A DNA stretch of 63,026 nt, filler included, from Diploschistes diacapsis (Eukaryota), in the NCBI GenBank assembly GCA_023645945.1. It is 6 parts of 6 records of this genome, joined end to end, with 100 filler letters (N's around TTAATTAATTAA, not from the genome) between each part and the next. Parts side by side here need not be neighbours in the genome. Positions count along the whole stretch, not along the records: positions 10,535 to 20,963 come from JALAIB010000925.1; positions 21,064 to 31,489 come from JALAIB010000926.1; 4 more parts are not named here. The stretch is one strand, 5' to 3'. Below the pieces are notes generated by a model. It was not told the DNA's origin. It ran no database searches and was given only the letters and a program-made list of their open reading frames with translations. Positions 11,037 through 24,000 of the stretch are shown here, piece by piece (within the stretch, counting starts at the first letter, position 1; every line of letters starts with the position of its first letter). Both the position numbers and the translations under genes were made by a program.

Positions 11037-12791
11037 ATGGTTAAGAGAGGATTACCTGGCGCACTCTTCACAGGGGAGTTGGTATATGCCTCAGTCAAAC
11101 GTCGCTGCCTTGACAGTTGTGATAATCAAACAGAGCCTGGCAAGAGCTACATAGAGGCACTACCTGTGGAAATTCTTCTTCGCATATTTTCTTTCCTTCC
11201 AGTACACAGCCTAGTTAGATGCGAGCGGTAGGTACCAGATCAGAACCGTCTCAACAAATGTAGGGGTATGAAACTAATATTACTTACTAATAGTATTTGC
11301 AAGTATTTCGGTCTAGTAGCTTCCGATAGCTATCTCTGGAAAAGGCTCTATGCAGAACGATTTTTTCAGCCTCGGAAGAATACGAGACGACTACGACTAC
11401 AGACTTCAGCAGCATACCACCACGCGGTTCAACCAAATTCTCAGACATGGGGAAGGGTTGGCACAAGCTCTACGTTGAGAGCATGGAAATCGAGGTACAA
11501 GGTTCGCCACAAGTGGTCAAAGGGATTATGCCACTATAGAGAGATAAATCTCGCGAATCCAGGACTACCGAGAGTGCTGCTTCGTATCCATAATGGCATT
11601 GCGATTACTGCTGACCAGGATTTTGGCCTCCGTGCATGGGCTATCACGGCCCGCCAGCAGAGTCTTCTAGCAAGGTTCGACTTCCATCAACACAAATTGC
11701 ATGGGTTGATCCCACGCCCTTCATGTCTTGCAATCGATACGCAAAGGTCAACGGGAAACCCTATTCACCTAGCCATTGGCTTCGTGGGTGGAGATATAGG
11801 CATCTATTTACTCGATGTCGAGCTCAGCCTTTTTACACATTTGCAATCGTTCTCTGCTTATGCGGCGGAATGTGTTTTGTCTCTCGATTTCGGCTCTGCT
11901 CACGTTCTTGCTTTGAGTGAATCGCAGGTTCTTACTCTCCACAGACTGAGCAACAATCCTGCCTTTATAGATATATCAGAACCCCCAACGCTCCTTACAT
12001 CATTTAAGTCTTATACTGCTGGCGAACTAGTTTCGTTATCATTTCGAAAAATCAATGATATTTTTATCATCTCAATGGCTTACATCCATCCAACTTTCTT
12101 CGCGGGCTGGAACGTGGGCTTCCAAGAATTCTCGATGACGCTACAAGGAGTCCTATTACGATCAAGGAGTGCTCAAAATCGGAGAAGTGGCGCCTCATCA
12201 ACTTCAACAACTTCATCACAATTAATCCGTAATTCGGGCATATCTCACGACACTTCTCAATTAAATGCGGTGAAACCAGTGTCAATTGAATACTCACATC
12301 CCTACTTATTGACGACACATGCGGACAACACTCTAGGCGTATGTCTTGTACGATCTAGCGAGGCTGAACTTACTATCAGCCGTGAAACGAGGCTATGGGG
12401 CCACACCTCGCGCTTGACAGGCGCGCAAATCGGAGATCGAGGTAAGATTGTCACAATCGCCCAAGGAAGAGATGTGCGGGTTTGGGAGCTAGAAGAAGCC
12501 TTTAGATTAAGTACGTCGAAGGCTGGCGCCCCAAGCATGATCACTAGTGTGAAAATTCGACCTGAAGCTCTTCAGTATGAGAGCCAAGGCTCGCGCAGTA
12601 CACAGGCGCCTTCACTATGGACAAATGCCATGATACAGGCTCAAATAATCCAGAATAGTGATCATGAAGATGATTTGAAAGAAGCGAGGCCTATTGAAAA
12701 GGCGTCACTAGCATTCGATGAAGAGAAGTTGGTTGTGCTTCACGATACCGGCACTAATAGCCAGTCGCTGTTTGTTTATGACTTCACTTAA
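11037..12791 (+). CDS. F-box protein with C-terminal beta-propeller/WD40-like region, 2 exons
   Basis: F-box LPVEILLRIFSFL...ICKYF..VASDSYLWK, plus LWGHTS and VRVWELE WD-like motifs. Confidence 0.85.
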
Positions 12792-13437
12792 ACGGGACTA
12801 GTCAAATCTTCGCGCGCGATGGCAATGTGAATCACGAAATGTTCCCCAGTAGGTGGTAGTCTGCGGTACTTTATAGCTGGTTGTGTAAGCCTAATCCCTT
12901 CCTATAAGCTGTATGAGTTGTTAAGCAGTGTCGCTTAGGGCCCACAAGATGTGGGCTAGCTACTTGCCCCATGTTAAACTTGCGCCTGTCCACTTTTCTA
13001 TCTGCATATTCCGGGGAATGCGGCTCGAGAAACCGAAAAAGGTTGTGTCGCACTTTGTAATAGAAGGTTATTAGAAAGGCGTCTACTTCTAGAGGGATGG
13101 TGAATGCCCAGCGGCCTTCAACTTCGGAGTAACGCATGGGTTAATCTCCGGCGCTGGTCGAAATTCACACAGAGTTTTTAGCAAACCAAATCACCCTCCT
13201 ATACTATACACAGAAATCTACTCCTCTCCCTCAAATCCACCTGCAGTTCCTGCTTCAATTTGCCACATTCACAACTGCATCCATTAGGAATCAGAAGCGG
13301 TGAGGTATTTTCCCCATGTGTCCTGAACCCGTTCTTGGCGACCCCCACTGCAAAAAGTGTGATGGAATCCACCATCAACTAGGTGCGAAATTCGTGGTCG
13401 AAGCTGACGAGATTTCCAGTATTCTTTTTGAGGCGCC

Positions 13438-14298
13438 ATGGACTATCAAGCTCCTGGTGGACGTGGATGTTACAATTGTAAGATACCAACAAAGTTCTAG
13501 CCTACACTTGCCCTCGTACTCTATTCTCACTTCCTCAACATATCGGTTTTTACATCCTGCGGACAACCGCGTGCTTTTCCCAAGCTGCAACATGAGCCTC
13601 AACTTTCTCTCTTAGCGCTGGACAAGTTGACCTCAACGCGTCAATGCGAGATGAGCGTTGGCTCGCTGTGTCATTGCTATATGATCGGTGATTATGAAGC
13701 CACGAATGCAAGCTAATCCATGTAGGTGGTGACAGCTCTCATCAAGCTAGGGATTGTCCAAAGCGTGGGACTCCGACTTGTTACAACTGCGGTGGCGAGG
13801 GCCATGTGAGCCGTGAATGTAACGAACCACAGAAGGAGAAGGCATGCTATCGTTGTGGCGAGAATGGTCACATTTCTCGCGACTGCCCAAACCAAAGTGG
13901 CGGGTTTGGTGGCGCATCCTATGGTGGCGGGAGTTCTCAAGAATGCTATAAATGTGGGAAAATGGGCCACATAGCTCGCAACTGCACCGAGGGTGGTGCT
14001 GGCGGTTTCGGGGGGAGCTATTCTGGAGGCGGAGGTTACGGTGGCGGGTTCGGACGAAGTGGTGGCCAGACATGCTACTCTTGTGGAGGCTATGGGCATA
14101 TGTCTCGCGATTGCACCAATGGGCAAAGATGTTACAACTGTGAGATCGTTATTGACCAGCTTGTTGAACGTACTGATTTGGCCTTTAGGTGGTGAGAATG
14201 GTCACTTGAGTCGTGATTGTCCCAGAGAAGCTACTTCTGAAAGAGTGTGTTATAAATGCAAGCAGCCCGGGCATGTTCAGGCGGCTTGCCCTGCCTAG
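13438..14298 (+). CDS. GIS2: CCHC zinc-knuckle nucleic-acid-binding protein (Gis2/Byr3/CNBP)
   Basis: Seven CX2CX4HX4C knuckles with Gly-rich linkers. Introns 13478-13725 and about 14140-14189, and a probable 5'UTR intron 13300-13419. Confidence 0.92.
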
Positions 14299-16018
14299 CA
14301 CCTTATGCTTGCTGGCCGCAGGTGTGGTGGTAGCCTGAATGGAACGAAACACTATGTCACACCACCTAAAATCAGCCTCCTCCTCCGTTTGAGAGAGGCA
14401 GCATCTGCCTGGATCCTCACTTTGTGTGATTGTTTTATTGCATGAACTTTAAGACACGACTGCATGCCATGAGCCTGCTGTTATGTCAACTATATCAACT
14501 TTGACGATGTGCTGGGCCAAGAAGAAGGTGCATCAAACGGCTCTTGGCGAAGGAAGCGGTTATGATGGTCATATGAAGCTCAATCTAAACCGAAACCATG
14601 ACTCAATTATGAAAAAGACTTGCCTGCGTTTTCTACCAGCCGGAATCATTTGCTACTCCCCTTATGATGTGTGGTGCGTGACGGGAAACTCCAGGCAGTA
14701 CATAAATCAGTACTGGGAGACTAGACGGTGGTGTTTCTTCCATGTTAGTCCTGTCCCTTGCGAATGTAAAGCATAACGATCAATGGAACAAATAGCAGGG
14801 TGCTATGGATGCGCTTATAATTCCCGACCAATTTGGAAAGATTGTCCATCATCCACAGCAGTTCTCGGCGCCTGATGGAACTTGATGTTCGCTCCTGCTG
14901 CGAAGATGGAGTGAAACTTACTCCTTCCGCTGGAGATGGAGCTTACCCGTTGTTGGGTCCTTGACCGGGTTTTGGGGAAACCCTTGCCTGCCTTGGCCCT
15001 CAGCTTCCCAACTACGAAACACACACGAGCGGCACCCCTTCGTGAAGACGATCGGCTGGTGTAGGTTCGGTGGTAAGCAGGTTTGCTGCCCACTTTTGTG
15101 TCTCGTAATTGTGAGTATGGCGGTACCCTCTTGAGGGGGAATTTCTAGGGGGGAACAGCGGAAATTGAATAAATCAGAGTGACTGTGCGTGACTGTGTCT
15201 TTCCGAGAATCATGCTGTCCTGAGCGACTGGCTACAACTCCCGCATATGGATCAGCGGCATATCCCCGGGTACAGTACAAAACGATTCGCTGGGCTTGGG
15301 CCGTTGGGATGTGCCTCTTTTTGAGAGAGATGAGCTCGTCGCCACCGGTCTCGCTCTCGGCTCCTACAAAGCAGTGACAGTAGCTTCAACTCAGAAAATA
15401 TATGTTGTGGTAGGCTTTTAACGGCAATAATGTAATGATGCTCACACGAGTAAAACCGTAAGTAAAAATAAAAACCACAAGCCCAAAAATCGTAGGTAAC
15501 CCAAGCAAAAACAATCTCGGAACCTAAGAATTCAAAAACATTAGACACGAATTGTCCCATTGCTTCCCCAAAGCCCACCCTTTGAAGATCGCCCTCCATT
15601 ACCTATCCAAAAAGACAACCATTGATTATGGTGTAAACACTTCTTTAACGTCATTTATCTTCAAGTTAGGACCATGTCAATCAAGAGATCCGTAGGCTCC
15701 TCTTCAACCACTTCCGCAAGAGTCCTCGAGCCACACACGCTCTTCCACTGTATCCTACGGAGCCAAAACCCGATCCTATGCGGAGACCAACTCAATGCGC
15801 AAGCAGAGAGCCAGTGGGTTTGCTGGCGCGGCCGAAAGACAACGACGTGTCGGCCTGGGAACGTCATCCCGATACTTTGACACCAAGAGCTCGAGCAACG
15901 CTACGCAGCGGCTCGTCTGCCTTCAACCAACGGCGCAACTTTGAAGTGTTGTGACGAGCACGTGTCTCTCACAGGCACAGTAGGTTCAATATGCAGTGCC
16001 TGAAAAGCTTGTGCCGAA

Positions 16019-17337
16019 TCAACAACCTTGGTTCGTGCGAGGCTCTTCCTCGTCGCATTTTGCGCTCTCACTCTCCCATATTTCAAAACACTCCTCGTTC
16101 CCTCCTTGGTCGGTGGTGGAACTTGGAGGCGACTTAACGGTCGGCGCGGCGCAGCACTTGCTGGCCGAGTCAAATTGAGCTAGCAGTTCCTTCCACGCAT
16201 CCTGATTTGCGGTTATACATTCAACGGGGGAAGGCACAGATTGACAGTTCTTCGCCATCGCATTGCACGCGAAAGGCGACTTTTCCTGTTCGACAGGTTC
16301 TTTCTCCTCATTTACGGTGATAAAAGAATTCCGGTCGCACCCCTCAGCATAGAAATCCCGGGTGTTTAGGTCTGCAAGTGGCGTTCTGACTTCTTCCGTC
16401 ATCAAGTCTTTCCTCGAAACTGGCGTGATAGTGGCCATGTAGGGAGCACTGGCAGCTTCACCTGTTAAGAGTTCGCATGGTGGGATGTTTTCCTTGTCGG
16501 ATTGGTCGTATTCAATGACTTTACTCTCATCGTCCGAAATATCCAATATCTGCGTCGAGAACGCCACCAAGTTACCAAGCTCCTCTTCAGGAGTATCTTC
16601 ATGGATGTGGAATAGCCAACCATTCGGCACCGCGTCTTCCAAATTTAATGGTGGACGACAGGCAGGCTCAGGTGCATAAGATGGTACCGTGCCCGAGAGT
16701 GCCCCGTCAATGGAAAATGGCAGCCCATTCGAGCTTTTGCTCTGTAGGGCAAAAGTTGGCGGGTCCACCCTTGTGAAAGGGGAAGAAGAAACTCTCCGTC
16801 GAGAGAGGATACCGGCGCGTTTGCCCTTGGGTGACCGACCAGCAGTTGACAGTGCAGGAGCGCTCTTGATGGTTGGATTAGACAGCTTACTTGTGCTCAC
16901 AATAGGGTTGCTTGGAGTACTTGGGGTGTGATGTGTCTGCTTTAAAACAAATTTCGAGGGCTTTGACGATGCAAAGACACAGTCATCGAAGGTTTTGGTT
17001 TTCTTGGAAGAGAAAAGCATGTCCGGATCGACGTTCTCCAGATTAGAGTCGGGGTGCTCTTCCAAAGGACGAACACGCTTTCGAGAAAAAGATTCTGGAA
17101 GAGGGTGGGCTATGCACACGCGCGTTAGCAAACATAGACCATCGATAACAGAAGCTAGAGTTGATGGCAAGCAGTGGCGGCGCGTTCGACAAAACCAGCA
17201 ACACGACAATATAGATGATAACTGGATCGCTCACCATTCTGAATATTCTTGACATTTGTCAGATTTTTATGCCTCCTGCCAGTAACAGATGCTAATGGTT
17301 GACGAGCATGTAAAGGGCGGGGAGCAAAGGTCGTCAT
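16019..17337 (-). CDS. Fungal disordered protein carrying APC/C degron motifs (D-box, ABBA, KEN); putative Acm1-like APC/C inhibitor or substrate
   Basis: Exon 1 MTTFAPRPLHARQPLASVTGRRHKNLTNVKNIQN ends at a GTGAGC donor (about 17234). Exon 2 contains FHIHEDTPEE, DKENIPP, RTPLADLN and several S/TP sites. Confidence 0.8.
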
Positions 17338-17488
17338 CTTGCAGGCACGAGATCGCGGGAAGGTGTATAGCGTTCCGAGCGGAAGTTAGAAGTGACTGAT
17401 ATGCTACTTTGTGAGATAAAGCGGATGAAGGTGGACGAGAGGAAGTGAGGCAGCAGGCGGGCCCGTTTATTATGAAAGTACGACTCGG

Positions 17489-17730
17489 TCGCGTGTTTGT
17501 GGAAGTTCTATGCAAGCAAAGGGTAGGTAGACTTTCGACGACGTGAGTTGACGTGACGTGACGCGTTGGAGTTAAGGCGTTCAGTGGTACGAAGCAGGCA
17601 GAGTATCGATTGGTCTCGAATTGATCTTTCTATCTGGCTTTGAAGGAGAGAGAGAGAGAGAGAGAGGGAGGGATCCATCAATTCCAGATTTCAGCGTGAT
17701 ACATAAAAACAACACGCGAATTTGGCGCGT
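17489..17730 (-). promoter_or_regulatory. Cluster of MCB/SCB-like (ACGCG-core) elements upstream of the degron-array gene
   Basis: ACGCGT 17561-17566, TCGCGT 17489-17494, ACGCGAA 17714-17720, GCGCGT 17725-17730. Confidence 0.5.
17646..17666. repeat. (GA)n microsatellite
   Basis: About 10 GA units. Confidence 0.85.
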
Positions 17731-17993
17731 CTTCCTACAGCGAGTTAGTGAGTAATGTGGTGAGTGGTGAGTGGTGAGTATTGAAGTAGTTGAGTAGTAG
17801 TTGAGTAGTATGACAATCCAATCCTTCCACACACGCCCATCATCTATTGGGTATTGGGTATTTGTTATTCACAGTTGGTCCAGGTCTGAGGTCTAGCTGT
17901 AGGTCTGGTCTGGGGGGTAAATACTTTACTTTGCAGCTTTCGCTGATCAACTGACTGTCTGCAACTCACTCACTACTGCATATTCCCTTTCAC

Positions 17994-18538
17994 TCAGTCC
18001 CCCAAGCGGATGGTGAGTATGATCAATGACAGGTAGGCTGCCACAGATAGAGCTGTAAGAACCACCACGACGTTTCCACTGGTGCGGAACTTCTTCCTGT
18101 TCAGCCCATCCTCGCCAAGCTCGGAAAAGAACTGCTTGTTCCCCTGCTGTCTCCTGAAGAGGCTGATCAAGAGAACGCCGGTGCCGTAGAAGGCGAACAG
18201 AGCCCCGATGCTGTAGAACTCGGCAGTGAAGATCTTCAACACCACAAGCGCAAAGGAAAACTGAGACAAGGCGGTGCGAACCTGGTGGGCAATCAGTACC
18301 TGCCAACCCCCAGCACCCGCCATATACGGTCACTGTCCACCAACCAACATACATAGGCACCTTCAAACGTTCGCTGAGCAGCTCGTATTTCAACCAATTC
18401 CTGATCCGTCAATACCACGGAGCGAGCTCGATGCAGCCGGAGGTGATAGCGCGTCGACGCGTGTGGCTGAACAACTCTTGCTGTGAGCTCGGCCCGCCAT
18501 CTTCTTCGCCCATTCCTTGAACTACATACCTCAAACAT
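17994..18538 (-). CDS. Small DUF202-type membrane protein (start codon uncertain)
   Basis: ELVEIRAAQRTFEGAY|VRTALSQFSFALVVLKIF joined across a GTATGT..CAG intron; three hydrophobic helices. Confidence 0.75.
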
Positions 18539-18984
18539 GATGCCACAACGGTGCAAGAGCAGTTCTGGCGAAAAGAGCCCGAGTCTGGTGATGGTGCCAG
18601 CGGCTACGATAAAGGTGCATGTATATGCGGTAAAACAGCGTTTTAGAAATGGTTCAAATCCTCCTTCAAGGACTCGGACAAACGCTGCCCCACTCTGGCC
18701 CAACCCACTGAACAAGTACGAGAACAATGCACGTACTGCGGGTCATGCTACAGCCATACAAGTAGAAGCATCTGGCTACCCACATCAATCACCAATACCG
18801 CTTCGTACCAGCAGCGCGCCCGCCCCCATGTAGAACACATATACGGTTTGGCAGAAGGTAAGCCCATCCGATATTTAGAGCCCGTCCTGTTTTGTGGCCC
18901 CGAAACTCGCGGCAGTTTCGGTCCTCAGCCTGTCGCTGGGGAAATCAAACACTGGGTGGTCAGCTTCGTGTCTTAGTAGCTCAC

Positions 18985-20340
18985 TGTCCTCAGTTGCCAA
19001 GCATAGCAATGCTGAGAGCTGCTGCGTGATTCTCTACGGTGTGGTCTACGAGGGTTGAATCGAACTCCCACACTTATCTCATCACACTGAAGCGGTACAT
19101 AGGTAACTAGCTTTCTTCCACACCATCCCGGAGCTTCAGGCGTTATCCTGCAGCTCGCTGGCAGAGACGCAACCGACGAGTATGATGCTCTTCATCCGGA
19201 GGGGACTCTAGAAGGGAACCTTCCCCTTGAAGCGAAGCTAGGAGTAGTCGATCATGTCTTTCCTGTCGATATTCAACCCTCGCACGAACACACGGGTCCA
19301 GATCAGCGAGACGTGGTCGATCTGCAGGGCCTGTTAAATATATCAGAGATCGAGCAACAGGCGACAAAGCACGTCAGCCGCAAAGCTTGGGCTTATTATT
19401 ACTCTGCTGCGGACCATCTCATTTCCAAGCAACTAAACAATCAAGAGTATCGGTCAATTCTGCTCAGACCCCGTATACTCGTCGACTGTGAATCTTGCGA
19501 CACCCCTGCAAGGCTCCCAGGACAGTATGTCTCCTTCCAATCTTCATCTCACCGGCTGCCATGGCGCGCCTCGTCCATCCAGAAGGCGAGGCTAGGATCG
19601 CCCGGGCATCTGCCAAATATGGGACTTTGCACATGATATCATAGAATGCCTCAATGACACCCGAACAAATCGTGCAGGACGCCAAGCTAGACAAGGCTTG
19701 CGCTTGGCAACTCTATGTCCAGACAGACATAAAGAAGAGTGAAGATATGTTAGCCAGGAGGGACAAGCTCTCGGATAAGATCAGACTTGTAGCACTTACA
19801 GTAGACGCCTCCCGTACCAGGCAAGCGAGAGCATGACGAAAAAGCAAGAACAGTAGGCGCCAGCCTTGCAGTCCGAAACAAAACAAGTCTGCTCCAGGAG
19901 GCATAGGCGCTCAACTCTTCCTCAGTACCTCTCCAAAATCTCACGTGGAAAAATATTCTTCCGTAGCTTGCTGAGCATACTTCACTCCCCGATCGTGCTC
20001 AAGTGGATTCAAACTCACGAGGACGCCTACACAGCGTCCTTGCACACGCCTCAAGTGAAGGGCATCATTCTCTCGAACCACAGAGGAAGGGCAGTCGACA
20101 CCGCCCCACCGTCTGTCCACACGCTGCTTGAGATCAGGAAGTTCTGCCCAGAAGTGCTCGATGAGCTCGAGGTCGTGGTCGATGGTGTGGGGACTTGGCA
20201 AGTCGAACGAGTTCTGCAAAGCAAAGGACGGCCATTCATTAAAGTTCCATTGTAGGACAGAAGTAAGTTATGGCTGACGAGTGCTAGTCCTCTAGGAGGA
20301 GCTTCAGACCGCTATGCGAGTGGAGGAGCTTGGTCCTCAG
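18985..20340 (+). pseudogene. Pseudogene of a flavocytochrome b2 / FMN-dependent alpha-hydroxy-acid dehydrogenase
   Basis: Cytochrome b5 fragments (VAKHSNAESC, LAGRDATDEY), [33 protein letters not shown]. Several frameshifts, an in-frame TAG at 19642-19644, and loss of the GIRRGTD segment after VVVDG. Confidence 0.85.
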
Positions 20341-20912
20341 CATGTACGTTGCATCAATCCCGAACCTTTGAGTTCTTTTTGACCAATTGACCGATTGGAT
20401 GCATGACGTTCAATTGTCAATAGGAAATTAGTGTGTATGGAGTGATTGTGCTCTGAGTTGGGTAGCAGATGAGGGGTTGATGTAGTACAGTGATGTGTAG
20501 ATACTTGTAATACAAATACCTACATCTTCTTGGGTTCACTTTTCCATTGCTTGAAACAGCGAATTGAAAAATAGACAGTCTAATACAAACTTGAGGAAAG
20601 GACCTCCTCGGCAACAGAGTCTATCACTTGTTCCCTCCATACAGCGATAGTACGACACAACGGCACGAGCTCATACTTCATGATCAAGTCACCGATGCTC
20701 GAGTAACACCCCGTTCAAGAACTTTAACCAGTTATCCTTGGCCCAGCAAAGCCAAGAACGTAAATTGCACAATGTGCCGGTAAGAAGCGCCATTTCAGTT
20801 CCCTTCGCCGTTCTCAACAGGCAAGTTGAACTGATGGTGGCATAGATGGTTTGCCTACATCTCCCCAACCGAAGAATGCCTCCTCGACGACGTCCTCGTC
20901 ACTCCGGTATGT

Positions 20913-20913
<1 letters not shown>

Positions 20914-20963
<50 letters not shown>
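20914..20963. repeat. Poly-G run at contig end (possibly a sequencing artefact)
   Basis: About 50 G immediately before the spacer. Confidence 0.7.
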
Positions 20964-21063
20964 NNNNNNNNNNNNNNNNNNNNNNNNNNNNNNNNNNNNN
21001 NNNNNNNTTAATTAATTAANNNNNNNNNNNNNNNNNNNNNNNNNNNNNNNNNNNNNNNNNNNN
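20964..21063. other. Artificial contig spacer
   Basis: N-TTAATTAATTAA-N. Confidence 0.97.
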
Positions 21064-24000
21064 GTTCGGCTGCTGCCCGGGCATTGAGAGGGGAAGGAGG
21101 GCGAGGGCTGGAGCTGGAGCTGGAGACGAGGCTGTGGTGTGGTGTGGTGTGGAGAGAGAGGGGCGTTGCTGACGGGGTAGAGGAACCGGGGAGGGGGCTT
21201 TGGGAAGTCTTTCTGGTAGATTCGGATGGTAGTAATGAAGTACGAGTGATGAAGTGGCTTGTGAATGAACCGGGTAGTTCTACCCATGTATTCTACCGCT
21301 GGCACGTCCTAATACCCAGGAACGATGGATGCTGTGGGCACAACAACGAAAAGGGACAGAGCTGGTTTTACTCCAGCCTGAGTCTATTTAGCTTCTCCCT
21401 CCGGAACCCCCTTGCTTGCGGGTGATCGATGGAGGGCGGAATGACCTAATGACCTAAGAAGTCCGGCTCCTAGCGATCCCCTCGAGATTCTCCTTCGGTT
21501 TTCCCTGCCCATTATTGGTTGGATATTTAATTGGTCTCACTACCCAGCTTCTCGATCATCATGCCGAACCAGGCGCAGGGGCAAGTCGCTCAAAGAAGAC
21601 AGCCAAGGTTCTTCCTGGAAATCACCATGGTAGGCTCCTGTTCCTTCGTTTGCTCTCCGTTCCTACTTTATGTAGAAACAGGCTCAGCACACAGCTCCCC
21701 CGCGACTCTTCCCTCGTATCGCACGTCAACGACAACCTGGCCAGATATCGTTCCAGTGCTCGTTATCGGGTTGACGAGAGAGTTGCATATTGCGCAATCC
21801 TAGCCGCGGAGATAGTTGAGATCGAGTGCATCCTTTTCTATCCTGGCCCGGTTGGATCCTGTATGGGGCCATCTTAACGAAGCCGTCACACCTGTTGGCA
21901 GCCTCAAATACTGCAGATATATATTCCTTGTGTGAAAAAGTTCTTCTTTCAGTATCCTTCCTCCCATTACCTCAAATTGTCACTCTCCCCACGTTGCGAA
22001 AAGAAGCGCATACCAACATACCTGACCTGCTTCTGGAAACTATCTGGACTAACCGAGCGAGAAACCGCGTTGAGGATCCAATTTATACAACTCAGAATTG
22101 CGGAAGTGCCATCAGCCCTGGTTAGGTCCAGTCCTGATTAGATCGTTTTTGTCTCCATCAACAGCTCAATGACCGAAAGTCTCTTGGAAATACGACATTT
22201 AATACAAGTAAAGGATTCGAATCCTCAATCACACTCCTATTGAACACAGGCTCCTGTCACTTGCAATCCTGCAGGGGAAGAATCGAAAACCTTTTATTTT
22301 TCCGAGTCTTGAGTCGCTTCCTCATGTTACCGCTTTTGCGTTTCGTCTCAGGCCGATGGATAACGTATCCCCTCTTTTCAGCGGCTATAACCCTTAACAT
22401 CAAACAAGCTTTTGCGTGACAAAGTCTCTGCTCATTTTTTGAAACCAATGTTGACCAGCCCCTAACCCCAATACCAGAGCTTTCCTTCCCACGGTAGCAA
22501 TTTCGTCGCCGGCCATCTCAATGCCTGCAATCTCCCTACTGCAGAAGTCGGAGCCGTTGTGCTTACCCTAGTTTCTCCCGATTCGGAAGATGTCTGTCTG
22601 GCCTTTTCCGTCAAGGATTATTCGGTCTATACATAAGTCAGGCTCCAGACGCGCCAGCAAAAACTATCGCGGTCTCATATGAATATGGCCAAGGTCCTGA
22701 CATCTTTTGATTGAGTGGATTACCTGCAGGATGAAGGTAATTTTTGCTTCTTGGACTATCAAATTAGCAGAAACGCGAGTGTGTATATGGATATCGCCGA
22801 TCGAGGACTCAAACCACCTTGAAGGAAATTGGTCGGAACCGAAAAGCCGCGATCTCAGCGATATCGATTAGTTTGCAGGTAGTTCTACCGAGCTAAGATG
22901 TCGAGGGCGGTTGCGATACTGGTCCTAAAGAGTAGGCTCGTTGACATGCGGTGAAACGGCTACCATCTTGAGTTATGAATGAGGATCAATAGCCGTTGAA
23001 GAAGCTTTGGAACAAGTGCTCGAGCGCTGTAGCTTACTACCCTGCAGGCGCAATTCGAGGTAGTCCTGATGGTTCTACCCGCATCGACAAGTCGGTCGTG
23101 ACGCTAATGTACTTGCCTTGATATTTCGGTGCACGGTAGACTCGTACTCAACTTCGAACGCAGTCCTACTTGTTTTTGGTGTCTCAGGCTTGCCTGGCGC
23201 TTCAGCGATGCAATGACTTTGTATGTACTTTCTTATAGGGGGCAACTCAACCTCGTCTGGTACCGGGTGCTCCAGAAGCTTTTCATTTTCTTTGTTCAGC
23301 CAGATGGCGTCCGATTTCTTGTCATTTCTACTTTCCTGGGTCGTTACACTTTGTTGTCTGCTTGGGATGCTCCCAAAAGGTCGGTGGAATGTATCCTTAT
23401 CAAATATTCGCCAACTTACCAGTTTGGCGGAAATCCAGCTTCCGCAAGCCTGAAAAGACTTCGGGTTTCTTGTGTGATATTGCAAAGCGCCAGTTTAGTA
23501 CCGCTAGGCCACATAGCCAAAAGATTAAGAGACTCACGCCAGCCACAAGTTCTTATTATGTACCTTCCAGGCACAATTGGCACACGCGTTTTTCGACGCA
23601 AACTGGCCAGCCTCAAGCTTCAGAGACACGCACTCTCTAAACTGTCCAAACCCGCTCAGACACGGTTGGCATCGACTCGAATTGATTATATCTCGCTTTT
23701 CTTCCCTGCTTTAGTGCGCTCTGGGAGCCTCTGCCAGACACTGTGAAATGCGTCACGAAGATATTCTTTTGACTCTACTGCCGTTGGAATATCGTCCTCT
23801 TTCCAGTCTAACCGACTCTATCAGATGCAATCGAATCACACTTGCGCCTAGCAGCCCAGTGGATCTTTATGTTCGTGTGCTCAGCAACGGCTTTCTGCAC
23901 GAATACTGCTACGTCGCATTACTTCGGATCAGGCATGAGAGCCGCTGCAGGGCTTCCTTAGGGTAGAGCATTGTCTTTGTTCACAAGCTCGTCTGCTTGG

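Noticed and set aside
13358..13408. Possible C/D snoRNA in the GIS2 5'UTR intron (GTGATGG...CTGA)
   Set aside because: The C box is imperfect, the span is only about 50 nt, and the CTGA is better explained as the branch point (GCTGAC).
20914..20963. Poly-G as a G-quadruplex element
   Set aside because: It lies at a contig end and is likely an artefact or an unresolved homopolymer.
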